The notes beneath the pieces were generated by a model. The model did not search any database, was not told where the DNA came from, and saw nothing but the letters and a program-made list of their open reading frames with translations. Position numbers and translations under genes: made by a program. Positions 55,126 through 64,000 of a DNA stretch of 64,000 nt are shown here, piece by piece (the first letter of the stretch is position 1; each line of letters begins with the position of its first letter). This stretch comes from the human T2T-CHM13v2.0 reference genome, Homo sapiens, in assembly GCF_009914755.1 (NCBI RefSeq), contig NC_060946.1, one strand, 5' to 3'.

Positions 55126-55482
55126 GTGTTTTGTTTTTCCCTGTGCTTCCTGTCCTCTGTGCACTAGGGAAGCCTCTCAAATGGCAACAGAAAGTGGTTG
55201 GTTTCTTTGAAGAGCATTTGAACTGAGTGAATTTTCAAAAAGCGTGGCATTGACAGAACAATGAAAGTCCCAGGATAAAGTCCAGGCCAGTTGCCATGAC
55301 AGACGGCATCTGTTGTTGACAGAAACATGGAGCCAGGCTGAAACTCCGGCGGCAGGAGGGCTGCGCACCTGGGCAGGGCAGTGCCGAGCACAGCTCCCAG
55401 TTTGGGTAGCCAGTGGGACTGGGTCTGGTACCAGCCTTGATTTCGGACTGGAGCAGAGTCACCCAGTTGTGCCTCTGTTTTG

Positions 55483-55666
55483 TTTTCTGTGGAGCAGTGG
55501 GGGGCCCACCACACCCCTCCTCGTGGCTTCATTAGCCTCTTCTTGCCTGAACCAGGGATAATGGTGAGGTGATGCCAAGGAACATGGTGGATGCAGCTCT
55601 GCCTCCAGAGTCAGCCAGCAGCAAGAACGAGCCATGCACCATCACTGCTGCAGTGACCGGACTGCA
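55483..55666 (+). repeat. Copy 2 of the ~185-bp diverged direct duplication
   Basis: Shares accacacccctcct, cattagc, atggtgaggtg, tgccaaggaac, tgcagctct, agtcagc and gcagtgacc with copy 1. Confidence 0.85.
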
Positions 55667-56506
55667 CCCCGCAGAGCTCTGATCGCCTCTCTGGGGGCTG
55701 CCGTAAGAAAACACCTGGGTGGTCTCAGACCCCAGCACTCGGGTGGCTCCTCTGAAAGAGATGTTGTTCCCGACTCCCAGCCTGTGGGTAGAGAAGGTGC
55801 CAACCCCACGAGAGTCTCCAGGCCCTGGGCCTGCTTGGACCTAATCTGCTTACAGTTCATGCAGGTTCTCTATCCAGGCCTTGCCCTCCTCCCAGCTGTT
55901 TCCTAGTCTCCTTCATCCTGCAGGAGCTGCTTTTGGTCTCACTGTACTTTGTTGAGTAGGAGGCATAGCAGCCTTGAGAGCTAGAAGGGTCCCCAGCCAT
56001 CACCTGGGCCAAGTCCCGCCGTGGACAGGTGAGTGTCTACTGTTTTGTAGGGGCAGATACTCAGCCCAGGGTCCCACGGGCTGCTAGCACTGGCGTGAGG
56101 CAGACCATTCACCTTTGCCGCTGCACGGGTCATATCCTCCCCTCTCAGCCAACGTGCTGGCCCAGCCTGGACTGGCCCAGCCCCTCTTCCCTGCTTCTGG
56201 GGTCCTGTTCACCCCACGAGCCCTCTCTCCAGCTCTTCTTGGATAAAGCCCCATGCCCAACATGGTCCCAGGCACCGGCTTTTGGGGCAGTCCTGGGATC
56301 GCCAGCAGATGGAGCTCAAGGGGGTCATGCAGACCCCACCCAGGCCTGGCTCCCAGGGGCTCCCAGGAGGGAACTTCCTACCCATTGAAATGCAAACGCT
56401 GGAATTCCAAGAAGCACTTCAGATACATACAAGTCCTGATTGTGTTTGATTCCTCCTCTGGATGGAAGGCTTCCCTCTCTGAAGTCAGACGACAAAGCAG
56501 AGGCCT

Positions 56507-56680
56507 GGGACTGGTGGTATAACCCAGAGACCCTGCCTGCCTGGCACTGGTGGTACAGCCTGGGACCCTGCCTGCCTGGCACCGGTGGTGTAGCCAGGGA
56601 CCCTGCCTGCTTGGCACTGGCAGTGTAACCCAGGGACCCTGTCTGCCTGGCACTGGTGGTGTAGCCGGGGACCCTGCCTG
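56507..56680 (+). repeat. 35/36-bp minisatellite, about 5 copies (GGCACTGGTGGTGTAGCCAGGGACCCTGCCTGCCT)
   Basis: Tandem units visible directly. Confidence 0.92.
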
Positions 56681-56713
56681 TGTACCCTCTGTCCAAGTCT
56701 TGGGGTGCCCCTG

Positions 56714-57725
<1,012 letters not shown>

Positions 57726-60700
57726 CCCTGTATTCGTTTGCTGAGGTTGCTGCAACAAGGTCCCACCAACTGGGTTGCTTAAATGAGGCGGTAATGATGG
57801 AGGGCGTTCAGCCTGCACTCAGAAAGGTCTTTGCAGATGGCTGGAGGCCCTGGAGCCTGGAAGGAGGTGGATCTCAGGAATTTCACCCACACACACACAC
57901 ATATCTCTGGCCAAATCAAGTTCTTTGCCCATTTTTGAATCAGACTGTCTTGTTGATGATGATAGTAGGCTCTCTTTGTGATTCTCAAAAATAACCTCGA
58001 GGATCAGGGCAGCCAAGACAGTCCCCTGAGGCACAAGTGGGGCATGGGCCCCTGCCCCATGCTGCAAGATGACTGGGCCGTGGCATGGGACAGGGGCTTC
58101 TGAGGATGCAGGGGTCTGTAGTTGGACCCTTGGTTTGACCAGTGTCTGTCACAGTGTCTGTCTGGGAGTCACGGGCCCAGACCCTGGGCCAGAGGTCGGG
58201 CAAGGCTTTGCAGGCTGTTTTGGTAGCAAGGCCCAAACCTGGCCAATTGCATGCTGGCCCTGCACCAGAAGAAGGAGACCTGCCCAACAAGGCCCTCACC
58301 CAGGCCGAGCCCCTGTGCATCAGCCCTGCCTCCCTCACCCCACCTGCCGTGGCCAGCACCTGCCCAGGGCCCCTCTGCTGGGCTCCAGGTACTCCCCCGA
58401 ACTCTAAGCCAGCACTCGAGGCCCAGCCCCGCTTTCCTGGCTATGCAGGCTTGTGGCATGTTGATCCCCCAACGTGAAGCCCCAAGGAAAGAGGGTCTCT
58501 GCCACCACTCCGGGTGTATGGGGTCTTCTGATCTGTGCCGCTGTGAGATTTGCGGCTGGCAGCTGCAGTGCAGACCAGAGGTACGAGTCCTGCCCTCACC
58601 AGTGCCCTCCGCCTGCACCCCTTGCTGGTTGGGAAGTCCTAGAGGGAGGACTGGGTGGCACGCTGGCACTGTCCTGCCAAGAGGGCCACACGCAGCTGCT
58701 CACCAGGCGAGAGGGGGCAGGACTCACTCAAGACGGGCCTGCAGCTGAATGGCTGTGAAGATCCCTGGCTGCAGAACGAGCCCTTCGGCAAGAGCCCCGG
58801 GGAGGGGACAGAGTAACTCCTTTGCCCTGCAAGGCCCCGCTTGGGTCTCCCCAGGTTCAGCTCCCAGGTGCACCTGATCATGCTTCCTTCTTTGGCTGAA
58901 ACCTGCTCGGCCACCTCTGAGGGGATGCTGGTCAAAGCATGCAGGGTTGAGGGCTGAGCCTCGTACCTCCTGCCTGCTTTTCCGGTGAGGACAAGGGGCC
59001 CCTCCTTTCCTGCAAAAGCAGCCCCTGTCTTAGGGGCTCTGTCTCCTGCTGCTCCCCCATCTCTAGGGGACCCTAAAAGCCTCCACCACTTTAAAGGCAG
59101 CCTTTGGAACAAGGAGGGGCAGGAATCCACTTCAGTCCAGGACGTGACAGCCGGCTGGCCACTGGCCACGGAGGTCCAGCGACATGCTTTCCCCAGTCAA
59201 GTGGAAGGACTTTGGCGGCATCCTGGTACAGGGTGTGTCTGTCTCCACCAACGGGGAATCCCCTGCTCAGGGCTGATCATGGCTCCAGCCTACAATGGGT
59301 GCAACACATGCTTGATGGGAAATGGGGTCCAACCTGGGGCAAATGAGGAGCAGGGCAGAGCTGCCACCACGCCCTGCAAGTGGGAGCAGGAGCCCTCACG
59401 CAGGCTGGCCCCGCTCTGCCAATGGCCCTGGCCATGGCACCCGGGGATGGCAGCTCCTCACCCTCCTGACCCACACCATCCGCCCCCGCAGCAATGTGTG
59501 CTGTGCATTCTGGGGCAGGCAGAGCTCTGGCTGTCCTCCATGGGAGAGGCGGCCTCTGTGGCGTTCAGTCCGGGGGGCTGGAGAGGACACAATGGCAGGG
59601 AATGAGCTGAGACTGGGGTCCTCATCCTCACCCAGGTATGGCCATCACCTGAGGCCTCGAAACCAGGTGATGGGCCGCCAAGTTGAGGGCTCTGGCAACC
59701 ACCTTCCCCGTGGGAGCCTGGGTGTGCAACAGGCAGTGCATTTGCACGCAGCACCAGGGTCCAGGGAACAGAGGTCCTGAAGACGGGACAGTAGGGTCCT
59801 GTTTATTCCAGAGTGATTTTCAGATCTCTCTTGCCTGACTGGGAGGTAGATGCAGTGGGGAGCTGGAGCCAGTCCCTGGAGCCCAGCGCTGAGCTCTTTG
59901 TGATGGAGGGGTGGGGTGAGCCGCAGGATCTAGGTCACCGTGCTCTGGCCCTGCTCTCTGCCTTTCGCAAGCGCTTGCTCCCGTGGGATGTTTGTCATGC
60001 TTCCATGCATGACACAGGAGAATATCAACATTGGTGCCATTTCACATCTCTTCATTCATCTGCTATTCTTCCACCTTCAGCTTCTCATAAAATCACAGAA
60101 CTGCAGTGAGGACCTCTGCCTGCCGGGACAGCCTGGGGATGGTCCCGTGCAGCCCCCTCAGGCAGCATCCCTGTGGAGGGTTCCCCTCCGCCCCCTACCG
60201 TGGGGAGCTCTTCCCAGCTGAGTCACACTGCACGCCTGGTCCCTACCCTGGGCTGCTCTCTGTGTTATCTTGCAGGCGCCGTCCCAGATCCTTCAGGGGA
60301 CTCTGAAGGCCCATCAGATGTGGCTGCAGACCCACCTCCCTCAGACCCTCAGCTCTGGATCCAGGCTGGCTCCCTGCCGTGGAGCACAGGCGCCCTTTGT
60401 AGCACTCACTCCAGCTGCCCAGGGAATCGGGGACTTGGTGTGGACTGAGACTCAGCCCCCTTGAAGCCCTATTCTGTCCACCGCTGCAAGACATAGGCGG
60501 CTTTAAGCAGGACCAGGCCGCACCCTCCAGGCAGAGACAGCTGCTGTGGGTTCTGTGCTCTTCTAATGGGCATGTCTTCCCATCGGTGATGAGGACTGAT
60601 TTGTGCAGTGACCCCCTTACATTTTTCTGAAAAGGAGATCAAGGAAAACATTCTTCAGTAGAATCCTCACTGTGCACACACTTCCCCTTGTGCTCGGTGA

Positions 60701-62274
60701 CAGCCACTGCCTTTGGGAGCAGGGAGGACGCCCCAGAACCTCCTGGTCTCCGCACACCCCCCTGAGCTGGGCTGAGCACACAAGCACCCCTCTGCAGACA
60801 GTAGAGGTTTTGGGATTCAGAATATGCAGTCTGAAGCTCCCCAGAGCCTGGCTCTTTAGTCAGGCCCTCCTTGCCCGCCCTGTGAATCCACGCCTAGGAG
60901 CCTGTGCCCCCACCCAGCAGGAGCTGATGCTGCTGAGCTTCCCAGGTGCCAGACAGGGGCTGAGTGTGGGGGCCAGGGAGCCAGTCGGGAGTCTGCTGCC
61001 TGGCAGGCCATGTCCTGCAGAAGAGAGGCCAGCATAGGGCACGGTGGGCCTGGAGGGGCTGGAGACAGTGCTGCTGGGTCGGCAGAGCTAGAGAAGGGCA
61101 GCCCAGGCAGGGGGCACACTAGTGCCAAGGTGCAGGGGCATGAAGCTGCAGGTCACACGGCCTCCCTCGGAGCCCCCAGGTACTGGGGGTGGGTTCAAAT
61201 CTCACAGGGTTGGCGGGCGAGGGCTTCAGGAACAGCAGGGACAGGAGCATGAGAGCAGTAGAAAAATGCAGGGGTCAGGAGGATCATCTGGGACCCACCA
61301 GGTTGCTGGTGAATTCAGGGGATAGAAGGGATGTGAGCTCAGGCCTCGAGCAGCTGCCTGATTGGGACAGCCCCTGGCTGGGCCGCGACCAGGTCACAGC
61401 ACTTTGCAGGAGTCAGGCCTGGGCTCCACGGTCGTGGGTTCTAGTCTCGGCTGTTTAGTCTCAAGCAGATCTCCACCGCGCCCTGACCTCCACTTCCTGC
61501 GTCTACTCAGGGTGAAAAAACACCCCATTCCCAGCACAGGTCAGGGTTGCCCGAGTTGATCATGCAGGTAGGCCTGTGGGGCTCTCAGGTGCCTGACACC
61601 CTGCATGCATCTTGGCCTCTTCCCTCATCCTCAGCCTCAGATGGACTGAGCCATCTGGAACCTGTCAGTGGTGGCCTCAGCCCTAACTGCAGATGACAGG
61701 CTTGGGAGTGTGGCGACATGTGTCACCTGGAGCAAACTGCTCCCCCTCTGAAGCCTGTCACCCACAAGACCTGCTCCCAAGGGCCAATGGCAGGTGCCTT
61801 ATTCTTTCGTCGCCATCACCGTTGCCACCTCCCCACCAGCTCCATCCTTCTCCGGGTCCCAGCCCTGGGGCGCTCACTCCCCTGTGTGCTGAGGGAGGCC
61901 CAGCATGGTTCAAATGCAGCCTCTGGAGAATTTCTTCACTAAGAGGCTTTTTCTGAAAAGAGTCAAGCTATTTGTAGCCCAAGTTGGTTGAACAGATTTT
62001 TCTTGGTGTAGCTTATTTTTTTATTCATTAACTTCTTTTCCTTATGAATTAAAAAATAGCATTTTTTTTTCCACAAAGGAGTGCTTTATTTACTTCTTTT
62101 TGTACCACAGCCAGCGCTTCCTCTGCCTGCTGGGGAAAGTGGATGCACACACCCACTTTGGCAGGCAGTTTTCTTTCAAGCCATGGCATCTTGGAGAGGT
62201 AAGTGTGTGTGTTCAGACCACTGCCCTGTGGCTCCAGCCCCCCTGATATCAGCCACAGCCCCAAGGCTTGGGTG

Positions 62275-62592
62275 TTGTTTGTTTGTTTTTTCATTTTTTT
62301 TGAGACAAGGTCTCACTCTGTTGCCCAGGCTGGAGTGCAGTGGCACCATCACGGCTCACTGCATGCAGCCTCAAACTCCCAGGCTCAAGTGAGCCTCTGG
62401 CCTCAGCCTCCTGAGTAGCTGAGACTACAGACTCATGCCACCACAGCCAGTTTTTTTTTTTTAATTTTTAATTTTTATAGAAACGGGGTCTCACATTCTT
62501 GCCCAGACTGGTCTCAAACTCTTGGCCTCAAGTCATCCTCCCACCTTGGCCCCCGAAAGTGCTACAATGATAGGCGTGAGCCACCAGGCCTG
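62275..62592 (-). mobile_element. AluJ
   Basis: Antisense dimer. Confidence 0.85.
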
Positions 62593-63485
62593 CCTGGTTG
62601 GCTTTTTGGTGAACAGGAGCATAATAAGGGTTTCACTGGGCTGTCAGCCTCCATTGTGGTGGCCAGTATCTCAAAGCCTCACCTGGCAGAACTGGAGACG
62701 CGTCTGCTGACCGATGCCCTCATGACCCATTTTCCTGACTTCAGAAATGTCCCATGCAGACACTATGCCATCCAGCAGGCCTCCCAGCTAGACAGGGTGC
62801 AGCCTCGATGTGTCTGTGGAGGGACTCGGGCTGTCCCTGCACTCACAGTCATGGTGACCAAAGTCCCAGAGTAAGGGAGCAGATGCCGCTTCCCCCTTCC
62901 AGCCCAGGCATTTTACATGAGGCGCTGACCCAGGACCACCCTTGACTTCACTCTTCCAAGGAGTGGCTCCCAGTCCTATATATTCCATCAGCCTCCAGGC
63001 TGGCTGTCCCTTAAACACTGGTCTCCAATCTAACTGCATTTCTGTAAGTAATCTTTTGGGACAGACTTTTTTAAAAAAGATCATGTTTATGCCGTATTCC
63101 TCATCTTTCTTGTCTTCTATCTCCAGATTTGTTTTAAAACCTATTACTCCTGTATACATGTGCCTCCCACCCTTTGAGCTATGCCCTTGACCTGCTATGC
63201 ACTTGTCTCAAGGCCAAGTTCAAACCCCCTAACCCAAGGCTGTCCAGAGCTGCCCTGCCACCTGAGCCATGGGGAGGGGCGCTGAGCTGGTGCCTTTCAC
63301 AGGCTGCCTGCCTCCCCCTGGGCAGGGCTCCTGTCTCTCCTCCTTTGTCTCCACAAGCACAGGCTTGCATGGGTCAGCACGTGGTGAACAGCCAACCATC
63401 ATTTTCCAATTCTTTCCAAAAAGTCCTGTCTATGCTCAGAAGTCCTGCCTGGCCCTTTGAGTGCCCCTACCCCCACACACACATT

Positions 63486-63734
63486 CTTTTTTTTTTTTTT
63501 TTTTTTTTTTTTTGAGACGGAGTCTGGCTCTTTGGCTCAGGCTGGAGTGGAGTGCAGTGGTGCGATCTCGGCTCACTGCAACCTCCGCCTTCTGAGTTCA
63601 AGTGATTCTCCTGCCTCAGTCTCCTGAATAGCTGGGACTACAGGCATGTGCCACCATGCCTAGCTAATTTTTTGTATTTTTAATAGACGGGGTTTCACCG
63701 TGTTAGCCAGGATGGTCTTGATCTCCTGACCTCA
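63486..63734 (-). mobile_element. AluS (5'-truncated)
   Basis: Antisense; TSD-like acacacacatt. Confidence 0.87.
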
Positions 63735-63744
63735 ACACACATTT

Positions 63745-64000
63745 CTTTATCGAAATTCCAAATTCTCCAAAGCTCAGAAACATAAAGGTTTTTCAAAACT
63801 CAGTGGCAAAGCTGGACCTGAACGATGCGCCATCACTTACTGTCTTTATTTCTTCCAGTTCACCTGAATACATATGTTTTGCCCCGAAAATATAAATGGG
63901 TCTGATTATGAGGAGCAGCCCCAGGTTCCAAAGAGGTGCCACATAATGTATGATGTATACAAAAAAGCCTGAGTTCCAAACACATCTTGGATGAGAGGTT
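63745..64000. mobile_element. MER46C-like Tigger-family DNA transposon fossil
   Basis: gaaattccaaattctccaaagctc..gtggcaaagctggacctgaac..gtctttatt..gattatgaggagcagcccc..ttccaaacacatct. Confidence 0.7.

Noticed and set aside
58069-59780. Cluster of 110-206 aa ORFs
   Set aside because: Mutually overlapping GC-driven ORFs with no domain or exon support

Overview
Primate genomic DNA, human or great ape by its AluY/AluS/AluJ content. The window is GC-rich, very Alu-dense (roughly 50 Alus) and appears intergenic or intronic. I recognise no protein-coding gene, tRNA, rRNA or CRISPR array; the listed ORFs are Alu, L1 or tandem-repeat translations, or shadows of high GC. About two thirds is layered transposon fossil: several fragmented L1M elements (L1MB, L1MC, L1MD, L1ME), MaLR LTRs (MLT1, MST), a solo LTR1 with its target-site duplication (TSD), an ERV LTR with a polypurine tract (PPT) and an env-like remnant, Tigger2a and MER46C. 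The most unusual structure is a ~4.9 kb cassette (6181-11073) that splits an L1MB 3' UTR almost precisely. It holds a diverged 18/19-bp GC-rich satellite (GGACACCAGGCCCCAGGT) with higher-order structure, an ~830-bp internal inversion, and a ~1 kb promoter/first-exon-like island. Other notable items: a 1-kb GGTTCCA satellite inside an L1ME, an ancient ~185-bp direct duplication next to a CArG-containing enhancer-like block, a near-consensus CTCF site, a twin-priming-type 5'-inverted L1MD, closely spaced inverted AluY elements and two minisatellites. Repeat subfamily names come from recalled consensus sequences and need RepeatMasker confirmation.
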